Below, in pieces: positions 24,439 through 36,400 of a DNA stretch of 64,000 nt (its first letter is position 1; the number at the start of each line of letters is the position of its first letter). Where the stretch lies: the NCBI GenBank assembly GCA_051362555.1, contig CM120648.1:9172587-9236586 (forward strand), given 5' to 3'. The position numbers were made by a program, and so were the translations under genes. The DNA comes from Lingula anatina (lineage: Eukaryota > Animalia > Brachiopoda). The notes under the pieces are model-generated. The model was not told where the DNA came from. It did no database searches and was given only the letters and a program-made list of their open reading frames with translations.

Positions 24439-27400
24439 ATGGCAGAAGCATATGTATGGAGTCGACTACAGGTGAGTTTTGACCAGTCACATTATATATC
24501 TAAGTATCCAAGTACACACACATATGTATATATATACACTCAGGCCAGTCCAGGGCAGCTAGAATGTAATAATAGGCATTTTAATTTGTTTTTAAAATAA
24601 ATTTGGTTTACAATACTTCCATTGCCTATTTACCCTAGAGTATTTTATAATATTTGCCTAGTTAAATTTGTGTAAATCGCGTTGAACTTATCAATGGTCA
24701 GAAGCTGTTTAAACTAAACAAATGTGCTTAGTCTTTGCCTATTAGTGACAACTATGGGTTTTGAGATTCATACTTCAAAATAAATACATTGTAAACAACT
24801 CCTAGAAATATAATATATTCCATATTGCCACCATAACAGAGGTTAACTTAATTTTTCTGGAATCTGCTTGCCGTCAGACCATGTGGACCTTCATAGAAGG
24901 CTGTAACTCCTTAATAATCTTTTAAAAATTATTTAAAAAAAAAGAAAAAAAAAAGATGGACTAACTGTGAATGTAGAAATGGATTCATTAACCATTGGAA
25001 AGTATGGGAAAATCATTGTTTACCCAAGGAAAATCTTTTTTCTTTACCAAAATGAGCAGTTGTTGTACCTTAAATGAATAAACATCAAGGTCAATATTTC
25101 TGGCAGTAATAACATGAACCCCATTTGACTTACATTGTTTTAAAGGCATTCTATCCAAGACCCCCCCTCCCCCCGTCTCCCCCAAATGAAAATGATAATA
25201 ATAAAGGACTAGCCCCTACACTTGGATTCAATGTTTCACACCAAGGCATTTCTAATAAATGATCTAGAGTGGGGAATCACATGATTTTAGTTCTAGGGTA
25301 TAACCATTTTGATAGTTTGAATTAGAAAAGATTGCCAACTTTGCAGGATAATTTAGACATAAAAATAAGGAAAATTTTGAGATGTAGATAGTATACCTTA
25401 AAGGTTGAAAATTATAGTCCAGTATTATCCTGAATTTGTGTGAAGAAGTCCAGTAAACTGTATGAACTGTATATAATTGCTTGGTTTTTTTTTGGAAATA
25501 AACCTAATATCCTAATTAAGTGGGCTTATACTGACTGATCGTGGATCAGTTTAGACTAAATTTTTCCTATCTCCTTTTCACATAAGTTCCTGAAATATCA
25601 AAAAAGAAGGTAAGTCGTTACAACAGATAACTAATTCATGTTTTGTGAAAATTATTAATTAGGATATGAAATTCAGTTGAATAGTAACCTGTCACTGGAT
25701 TTTAGTACAAAACTTTTAAGCTGCTGGATAGTAATAACTAATTTCTAGTCTGAGTCTTCCCATGTGTGAACAGGACAAAATAGAATAATGTATTTTCCCA
25801 ATTAGCAGTTTATCCAGTATTTATAGTAATCTTAATGAAGCCGTAGTGCCTGGATTAGCTAATCCATAGTAAGTTTTAAAGGATTCCTGACAGTTGTAAT
25901 ACCCCTTTAATTGCTGGGTTGGGCGGGGAGGGATGACGATAATTGGTAAACCAAAATAACCCCTACATCTTGATTCACACAATTTGCTTAATAGGTCTCC
26001 AGCTCTTTGTGTCCTTCTTTAGTATTTTTTAATACTGGATTGCCATTTCAGGGATTCAGTCTGCAAATCTGAGGGTGTGTTCACACAAATTGATTTGTGG
26101 ATCGGTTTGAAGTGGGCGTAATGTTCAACAAAGGCCACATCGAGCACCATTTTAATCCAAATCTTTCAAGGCTTATTAACAGTATATTAGTATAATTTGA
26201 ATGCCTCCAGTAGCCTCCTTCTCTACCTATTGTCTTGACTGTGAGATAAAAGGAATAAGGCGAACTTCACCAGTTGGTTTTCGAAAATCCCAACCTGAGC
26301 AGAAATCATTCAAGATAGTCTTAGGCCCCATTCAGAATGGATGATCCGAGTACTTACTGATGTGCTGACTAAATATGGTCGATCACAGTTCAAAAGCGAT
26401 GCTGCTGATTCCTGATGGCCTCCCCGCCTTCACACGAGGAGCAGAGATTTCATCCATTTAAAAGGGCGTGTGAAGTCTGGAAACCATCAGGAATCAGCGG
26501 AATTGTTTTTGAACTGTGGTCGGCCATATTTAGGCGTCAGATCAGTTATTACTAGGATCATCCATTCTGAATGGGGCCTTAGACTTGGCATACATGGCAT
26601 CATGTGACGTGTGAAAACATGCATAAATCCTCATGAGTTGGGATTAACTTTTCAGAATCTCAGTTATAAGGGAGAAACACTCATTAACCAGGAATGATGT
26701 TAGATAAAGGGTAACAAAAGTGACACGCAAAACATGGCAAATTTTTACTGTTATGTAAAAAAGATTGTAAGAAAAAAAAACAACAAGAAAAATATCCATG
26801 GATAAATTCAGGCTTTTCTGTTGTTGCCACACCACACTTACTAGTTTGCCAATTATTTTGTCCCTACTTTTCTCAAAATCTTGTGAAATTGCACTTGATT
26901 TTACAATAAGTCACAAGACTTCAGTCTATATAAGGTAATTACCATTACAGAGAGCTTTTCCTGCACCTTACCCAAAAAACCATAGATCTACATCTACATT
27001 TCAATTAAATACAACATCATCAACATCAGTAACAACAACAGTAATGACGCACAGCATTGTTTTGTTTTTTTTCCAGCAGCACCATCAGCTACAGCAACTG
27101 CACCAGCAGCATCAGCTGCAGCAACAACATCATCATCATCACCATCAACAGCAGCAGCCACAGCATATGCAACAGCAGCAACAACAACAGTTACATAATC
27201 AGCAACAACAACAGCATAGTCCTGTGGCAAGCTCTGGTTGTAGCAGTTCAAGCTTGACTCTGAATACAAGAAATAGTACAGGTAAGTGAGGATATGGTGT
27301 AGTGTGGTATGGAATGCCTATGGTATGGCATGTGGTATTGTATGGTATACTATACCTATGGCATGATATTCCCATGGTATGCCTATGGTATGGTATTGTA

Positions 27401-30400
27401 TGGTATTGTATGGTATGGTATGCCTATGGTATTGTATGGTATGGTATGCCTATGGTATGATATGCCCATAGTATGCCTATGGTATGCTATGCCCTTAGTA
27501 TGCCTAAGGTATGATATGCCCATAGTATGCCTATGGTATGGCATTACAGTTTGTGCCATTAACTTTTCAGCTTTCTGGCCATTTGGACCACCAATTTCCT
27601 GAAATCTACTGGCTGGAACTGTAATTCACTGGTCTGGATAATAATTTTAATAAAAGAACTTTAAAAAAAGCCCCCCAAAAAAAGCAAAATATAAAGCTGG
27701 ATATTTCAAAAGAGAGAAAAGTCATGTATGAGGTTCTTTTGCATATTTCCCGGTTTTGCCAAGATTAGTAAAGTGATCTCGATATTCACATACGTCCACC
27801 AAGAAAAATAATTGAAAAGGGTCTCAAAGCCCACATTCAGTATCAAAAAGGATTTTTCATCCAATGGGACACTTGGTCGCTGACAATTTTAGTGAAATTT
27901 CCTGTATTTTCTTTAAAACTTATTGCATCTAAGACACTGGTTCCTGAACAATAAAAATGAACAGTATAGAATGAAAGGGTGAGGACAAAAAAAGGGGACA
28001 ACAGGCCCTGTAGTTTAACCCTCATTAGGTTGCCTTCACCTCTCCTACACGGGTTACCAGGATGACGCAAGGGGACCGCATTTACCAGCACTTGTTTTTC
28101 CAGTTTATTGCTACAATTTCTAATTGTTTGGACAGACAGAGCAGAGTTGTACATATTGCTCCAGGTCCACTTCCAACAGTTTCTTACACAAGGCAGGTTT
28201 CCACTTTAGAATATATGCTCGATTATTGATCTTGGTGCTCGGTTCACTGAAGTCAGTGGCTGGTTTCTGAGAAGAACTTTAGCCAAAAAAACCTGGCCCC
28301 AGTTTCACAAAAAACTTAGGTCAGTTTCTTGGCTTAGTTGACTAGGACTTGAGATTGCTGTTACACTGCTCATGATAGGGTAAGATGTGCCCAAAGGACC
28401 ATGTAACCTTGGTAATTAAGTTATTAGCCTAAGTTTTTTTGTGAAACCAGGGCCTGGTCTAAACTTCTAGACTACAATTTGAGCTACTTCATTTCAAGCT
28501 AAATTTAAATTAGTCTACTTTAGTTTAAAAAACAGGCCCATACCAATAACCATTGCTTTCTTGCTGTTAAAAAAAAAAAAAGAAAAGAAAACAGTGAAAC
28601 ATTTTCCTGAATAGAACAAAATTTAAATATCTAGGGTCAAATCTGTCTGTCTGGTCTTAAAATTAAGACTAAATAATTTTCAGGTGAAAGTTTTTTATGA
28701 AACATCTCGGGTTCAGATTGGGTTATGAAGAAGCTATTTTTGGGCTGAATTTTATCAGCGGAATTAATAAGTTTGCAGTGATTAAAACATGTAGGCAGTT
28801 ACTCATGAATCATTGCTCAAACCATCACAGCCTGCATTCGAATTCATTTTTTTCCTATTTTTAATTGAATAGTTTTGTTCTAAATGTTTGGCCAGATGCC
28901 ACTGTCTTTCTGTATATTTCATAAGAAAATAGCGACATCAGGCACTTCTATATGAGTCAGTTTAAAATCTTTCATACGGGAAATACAGGAAGCTTTGTAA
29001 AATATGAAATCAAAAAAGAGATAGGACCTTTTTTTGACTTTTTAAAACATGTATAGTATACCTTAAATTGTTACATCATAAAAACATATACTTAAAATAT
29101 TTGAATAAGAAAAAAAACTATAATTATTGTTTCGGAATTAAATAAATTGTGGCTTTCTAAGGTTCTTGTTTCGCCGAGTCTTTTGATTACAGCAAAACCA
29201 TAAGCTTGTTGCAACTGGTTACCCACTTATGTAAAAATAGTCCCAGTAAAAGACAGTCATTTGATGATGACCGATGACCAAGTCCATGATGGCGGGCAGT
29301 TTAATGGACAGTTGACCAGGAGAAGGATGGTTATGGGAAAATAAGCTGCCTGTTACATCCATTTTGGTAGCCACAACAAGTCTGTACATTTTTTTCCTTT
29401 CCCCTTTTTTTTTTCTTCAGTATTATTTGTCCTCCTTTCTTTGGACTAGAATTCATGTGGAATTGATAGTTTTGGCCACTCTCAAACACTGGTTGTTTCT
29501 TCTCAAAAGGAGGTTTGAATTATTGATGCTTCAACATGGTTGTGTGATGGGTTATGGACAGACTTTGGTCAGCCAAATGGAGGGTTTACTGTCCGAAGCA
29601 TGGTGACCATAACGGTGCCCCTACAGAGTTGTATTGGTATAGGGAAATGTTCAGAAAACCCTACTTTCCCTGCTGGGAAAGTGATTTGGTATATTACTTT
29701 CTTGAAAGAAATAGATTTCCTTGATACAAAAAAATGAGTTAAAGCAAACAACAAAAATTATTTGTTTTTAAGATTTTTGTTCCCATACAGTTGTTAATGT
29801 CGATCCCTGTACATTTTTGTGTCAGATCATTGGGAAAGTAGTCTCTGATGGCGATTTCCCTACAGGTTTCGGCATTTCCTGGATTTTTTTAATGATTTAC
29901 TGGACGAGAAAGTAAGATTTAACATAGATTTCCCAAGCTCGCAATAGCTTTTCCATGAGATACCGAGAAAGCAACATTTCGATCCCTGATAGCAGTTTCA
30001 TCGTGATTGTTCCATGAGATCTTAGTATTGCTACAGTAAGGGCAGTTTTTAAACAAAAGTTTGAAAACAAATCCACATGTATGATTTTATCTCCAGCTGC
30101 TAAATATGTCACAGCTTCAGAATCAAAAAAGATATTTGTTTGTGATTAATTTTCACTTTTCACAGTTTATCTCAGTTGGCAAAATAGACAATTTTATGTT
30201 TGTTGTGAATACAAGGATATCATTTGAGGTATTTGATTTTTTTCTAATTGTGGAGCCCTTTGTTATCTTAATCAACAGACACAATGATCTCGTTCTCTGA
30301 GGTTTTTATCACAATATGTTTTTTGATCTGAATGATTAAAGATTGTCTTTTGTAGCTTTTAGAATTATGTAACCTGGATGAGATACAAACGCACGTGTTC

Positions 30401-33400
30401 GTAGCAGTGATGTTGATGTGAAGGGAATCCCTCAAAGCCAAATAGAAAATGTTTTGAAAGTGGCTGTAGAAAGGTTGTTCAAATAGAGGCTTCGGGGATG
30501 TTTTGCCGCTGCCTGGTAGCCAGTGATGGTGTCTTGCATTAATTTTTTTGCCGGAATTTTAAGTGAAGTTGACATTATACAGAGAAAGTTCAGTACTGGC
30601 AATGAAACAGACATTAGTGGGCAGTCAAGATTAAAAAAAAAAAAAAAAAAAAAAAAAAACTATCAGTTGTATTTTATGAAAGACTCCAGTTTCCAGCAGA
30701 AGCAAAAAAGTGAGATAGTAGAGGTTCATTAATTCCTCACTATATTCAAACAAAATTGATAAATAATTATGTATGTTTGGCTTATAATAGCTGGATCATA
30801 TTATTCAAAAGGTTCCTCAAGAAAGTTGAGTTATCAAAGACTGCATTTATGAGTGATTTGAAATAATATAATAAAATGGGAAATTGTCCTGTAATTGAAA
30901 TTTATGAGAAATTACCGTAAAGTGTACCACTTTTACTTTGTCAACCATAGTGGAGAAAGTTTCCTATCGTTTGTATCTTTATAATAACTGTGAGGTTTCT
31001 TCTTTTTTCTGATTTTTTCATGTTTTTAGTAGTAACAGGCTTGCCCATAATGATACAGTTGGCATAAAATTTGATGGGTCTTTGACATTTGATTGGAGAA
31101 AAAAAAAATAATAATCAACATCTTTTGGTTATTTTTACTAGTGTTAAGAAATCGTCTGTGCTGGCTGTGTGAAATATGAGTCTAGCCATTAATAGCTTAA
31201 CCGTTTAATTTGGCATAATTTGGCAAACTTGTAGTTATTTATTTTGAAATAGTTCTTTTGAATAACTTTCATCTTTTGTGTGGTATTTTGCCAGGTTGGA
31301 TTCTGGTTCTGGTTCTGGCTGCTTGGGTTGAGGTTCCAGTGTTAAAGGGCCCACTTGTTTCATTCCCCGACCAACATGTCTTGGCGGGGCCACCGTATAT
31401 TTACACAGGTGGCAGTGATAACTGCTCAGCATCTCCTGTATTTCTTCAGGTGGCTGGACAGGGAAATAGAACAGCACATGTCAGTGGAGATGAAATCGTC
31501 CGACTGCGTCGGAAAGTTTTCCTGGCAATCGGAATAACCATGTACTGACTGTCTATATCTATCTTCAGATTTACCATACATTTTCATAAAAAATTAGCAA
31601 ATCTGTTTGTTTGTTTGTTTTTTTGTTTCTGTAATCAATTCTTGGTGTTTCAAACTGTTCTGTACAACAGATTAATTTTTTTTTTAATCTGATAATTCAT
31701 GTTTATTGTACCACCAGCGTTAGCGCTGGCGGTACACATGGTTTCGGTCCCGTCCGGATCGTTCCGCCGGCTCCGCCGGCTCCGCCGGCTCCGTTGGCTC
31801 CGCCGGATGGCTACCGTTACCGCTTCTCCTCCTAGACGGTAAGGGCCCCCGTACCCATCTCATGGATTTAGGTCACCTATAATCTCAACTCGTTCCACGT
31901 AAAATTTGGGCTTTGTCGGTATTGGGGTCTGGGTGTGGCACTCATTGCAATGCACCCTTGTCTAAAAATGGCAAAATTAAATGCTAATTATCTACCCTAC
32001 GGAAGGAGTTATGGGAAAAATTTCTATAGACGGCTTTCCAAAAGTCATATGTGTAGATTTCAAATATACCCTTGGATTTGACCATTGACCTTTACTTCAA
32101 GGTCAAATGGGCCAAAATTTTCAAAAAAATGAAATTTTTTACGAAAAAAAATTTTTTTGCCCTGTTATTCAGACACCACACAGACTTAACCAATAATATT
32201 ATTTGAAGGTGTTACCCTTCAGGTCATCTTTCATCTCCATGAATTTGGGGTCAATCGGTGCATTTTCACGGGAGTAGCGGCCATAAGATACCAAAACTGA
32301 AAACTGTCTCTAATTCGGGAACCGTTAATGCTAGAGACCCATTCTTTTTTGCATTTTGTAGAGCATGTAAAGCCCAACACTGGAGGTGGTCTCGGTTTTT
32401 TTGTATTCCATACGGTTTTCGAGTTACGCTGTATCAAAAAGTACATATTGGTGGTAAAAGCAAAATGTGCAGTACGGTAATGGATAATAAATTTTGAACT
32501 CTGGAAAAATAAAACATAAGGCTTGGCAAAGCAGACAACTTGTGTTCAAAAATGACATTATTTCATCAAATTTGAACTTCTGAAACTTCAGAGCACCTCC
32601 TATTTCAAGAATTTTGACCAAAATGACATTTTCTTTATTTTAATTAATTTTTTCTGTACGAAATTTAAGGCACATTATGGTAACTCCAAAATTATAACAT
32701 TTAGTCCCTTATATCTCCAAAACTGGCAGAGATAGGTCCATAGTTACTATTGAAGTTGAATAGGAAGTCATATACTGGCAATCTTACTATGACCTTGAAA
32801 GTGACCTTTGACCTACTTTTCACCATGAACTGAACTTTGCAAATTTTTCTTCCCTTTTATCTCCAAAACTGGCAGAGATAGGTCCATAGTTACTATTGAA
32901 GTTGAATAGGAAGTCATATACTGGCAATCTTACTATGACCTTGAAAGTGACCTTTGACCTACTTTTCACCATGAACTGAACTTTGCAAATTTTTCTTCCC
33001 TTTTATCTCCAAAACTGGCAGAGATAGGTCCATAGTTACTATTGAACTTGAATAGGAAGTCATATACTGGCAATCTAAATGTGACCTTAAAATTGACCTT
33101 TGACCTACTTTTCACCATAAACTGAACTTTGCAAAATTTGCTTCCCTTTTATCTCCAAAACTGGCAGAGATAGGTCCATAGTTACTATTGAACTTGAATA
33201 GGAAGTCATATACTGGCAATCTAAATGTGACCTTAAAATTGACCTTTGACCTACTTTACACCATGAACTGAATTTTGCAAATTTTGCTTTCCTTTTATCT
33301 CCAAAACTGGCTGAGATAGGTCCGTAGTTACTATTGAACTTGAATAGGAAGTCATATACTGGCAATCTAAATGTGACCTCAAAATTGACCTTTGACCTAC

Positions 33401-36400
33401 TTTTCACCATAAACTGAACTTTGCAAATTTTGCTTCCCTTTTATCTCCAAAACTGGCAGAGATAGGTCCATAGTTACTATTGAACTTGAATAGGAAGTCA
33501 TATACTGGCAATCTAAATGTGACCTTGAAATTGACCTTTGACCTACTTTTCACCATGAACTGAATTTTGCAAATTTTGCTTCCCTTTTATCTCCAAAACT
33601 GGCAGAGATAGGTCCATAGTTACTATTGAACTTGAAAAGGAAGTCATATACTGGCAATCTAAATGTGACCTTAAAATTGACCTTTGACCTACTTTACACC
33701 ATAAACTGAATTTTGCAAATTTTGCTTTCCTTTTATCTCCAAAACTGGCAGAGATAGGTCCATAGTTACTATTGAACTTGAATAGAAAGTCATATACTGG
33801 CAATCTAAATGTGACCTTGAAATTGACCTTTGACCTACTTTTTATCATGAACTGAACTCTGCTAATTTCTTTCTCTTTTAACTTCAAACTTGACAGAGAT
33901 AGGTCCATAGTTACTTTTGAACTTGAATAGGAAGTCATATACTGGCAATTTACTGTGACCTTGAAATTGACCCTTGACCTACGGTAATGTGCCATGAATT
34001 TCGAACAGTAGAAAATAATTAAATTTGGGAAAAGATCGTTCTGGCCGAAATTCATGAAATGGAGGTGCTCAGAACTTCTGAAAGTTCGAAATTCATGGAA
34101 TTCTGTCAATTTTGACCGGAAGTTGCCTGTTCGTCGCTTGGCCTTCTGTTATCTTCTCCCGACGATCTATTTAGAGTTACCATAATGTATGATGTGTGAG
34201 TGTCGGTAATTGCGACCAAAGGTATACACGTACTTTCACCCGATCACTGTGTATGGTCCATAGATAGAGCGGTACTGTTGTCTAGGGCCGCAAAACAGCA
34301 TCGTTATCAGTAGCATCGTTTTTCAAAAGCGATTCTGGCAGCCAGAAACTAGTGTCGTTTTTCAAAAACGATCCTGGCGCTCAGAACGGGAGTGGACGGA
34401 GGGAGAGACGGCCGACGATTAGCGTCTGCCACGGCCAGATAACCTTTACTATGGAAGCTGAGTGTTACCGGTGCTCCTTTCCGTGCACTGAAACCGAGAC
34501 GACAGCCGATCAGTGTCTATGGCGCACGTGCAGGTAGCCTTCATCTGCGATTTATAAGTGTCTTCCGCGACCAGGTTCGTTGCCTTTACCGTTAAAGTCG
34601 GGCGGAGCTTTACGCGCGAATGCGTCCTCATCTCGCCGTTCGCGGGTCGGTGTCTCCGACGCATACGTAGCCTTCCCTGCAGAAGCCGGCCTCGTCACTA
34701 CGGCCTCTCCTCCGTGCGGGGAGGCCACTACGACCGCAGATCGGTATGTGCGGCGCACAGGTAGCCTTCGCCACGGCAGCCGAACTGTGTATTACGGTCT
34801 CTCTCCGTCGTGCGCTGCGACCAAGATGACCGCTGATTGTTGTCTTCGATCAAATATACTAGGTTTGGGGGTTGGGGGGGGGGGGGTGCAGGGCCGTTTT
34901 TTTTTTTTTTTTTTTTTTTTTCGCTCAGGCAACCCAATCTTAATCAGCAGCAGCAACTGATTTCCTGGCGCATAGTTGCGTCAATGTACGCATTTGAAAA
35001 GCGTGTACGTTTTGTCATTGAAACCATTTTCAAACAAACGCGAGAGATAGGTAATCTAGAGTAAACCGAAAAGGCAGTTTTTATATTCGTTCAAGGGACT
35101 GGAAGATCGTCAATGGGAGATAGTGAGCGATCTGAGCGCGACAATAAGCCAATTTCCACACTAGTTCAAGGGACTTCGTTACTATATTCGTCAGCAAGAG
35201 ATCGTCAGCGATCCGAGCAAGCATAGAAGCTTGGACTTTTTGTCCATGCTAGAAGGCAATTTTCATGTAGTCAGCAGGATATGGTTTGCTGGTTTGCGAC
35301 AGGGGCGTAACCAGGCATACGCACGGATACACTGTGCGTATATAATATTTTGGCCAACCATGATATTATTCTCTATAAATCTAGTGTACTTTTTAAGGAA
35401 TATTATCGAAAATCCCCTTCGATTATAAGTTAACGTCACCTGAATGTACAAATTCTCTGTATAATTTATATATGCACCATTGTTCTGACACCCTTCTCGT
35501 TTGCTTTCACAGAATTGAGGTAAACAATACTCCTTATCATCTGAAGTCCGATCTTAATCGTCCATCTAGCTGGAACTTGCTTTACCTCTTAATTAGAGGG
35601 TAAAGCGCCCTTCAGCTCACAGGTAGCTTTTGTCTTGAGTGTATCGAACGCGATATTTATCTCAGATAAAAATCTACCTGTGTGTTATTTTCAAAGAGCT
35701 GCTCCAGCAGACCTGGGGGCACTAGATAAATCTGATCATAGGGCTAAACAAGGAGCCAGAGAAACAAAGGAAGATTGATTTTTCCTGCAAAGTTTCAAAG
35801 AATTTTGACACGCCGCTGACATCACCGGACGGCCTATATTTTCAAAGACGGCTAGACGGCTTGCGACTTTTTTTTAATGACGTCTTGGCTTGTCGGGACA
35901 GCCGTGGACGTTGTAAGAAATTTTCTTAGAGTAATTTGACGTACCTAGCTTTTATGATGCGTCACAGATGAATGGTACTACTTTGTAGTGTACGCTGATA
36001 TTCAGTCACGACGAAACTACTTCCTAAAGCTTACAAAACACAATAAAATGCTACGAAATTTAAGATACACATTCCACGCCGTATGCAGCAGTGACAAGAG
36101 TGACCTTCATGCGGTACAAAACACTAAGCAAACTACAGGCCAATTTGTGAAAGGGGACACCTGCCGGACCTTCATACGCACGGCAACTGACAAAGCTGAT
36201 TGACAAAAAGGAAAATTTCAAATTTTCAGCGAGAGATCGTTCGCAATCCGAGAGAGACCAGGAGGCAATTTTCATATTTGTTAAAGAGACTTCGTAAGCT
36301 ATAGGGTGAGACGAGAACGCAATTTTCGTATCGTCAGCGTCGCAATCCGAGTGAAACGAGAAAGCTCATACTCGTTCAGTGGCTTTCGTTTGCGGAAGAT

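Noticed and set aside
26994-27269. Antisense poly-Ala/Val ORF and a CAA-rich stretch just upstream of the poly-Q exon
   Set aside because: Mirror translation of CAG/CAA repeats; the upstream stretch has stops in the Gln frame.
33105-34109. Repetitive ORFs on the - strand; CRISPR-like appearance of the array
   Set aside because: These are translations of a 146-bp unit that is not a multiple of 3. Units are wholly repeated with no unique spacers, there are no cas genes, and the context is eukaryotic.
34352-34960. Overlapping GC-rich ORFs inside the HINE
   Set aside because: No Rep (HUH), PIF1 helicase or other recognisable motif; expected from GC content.
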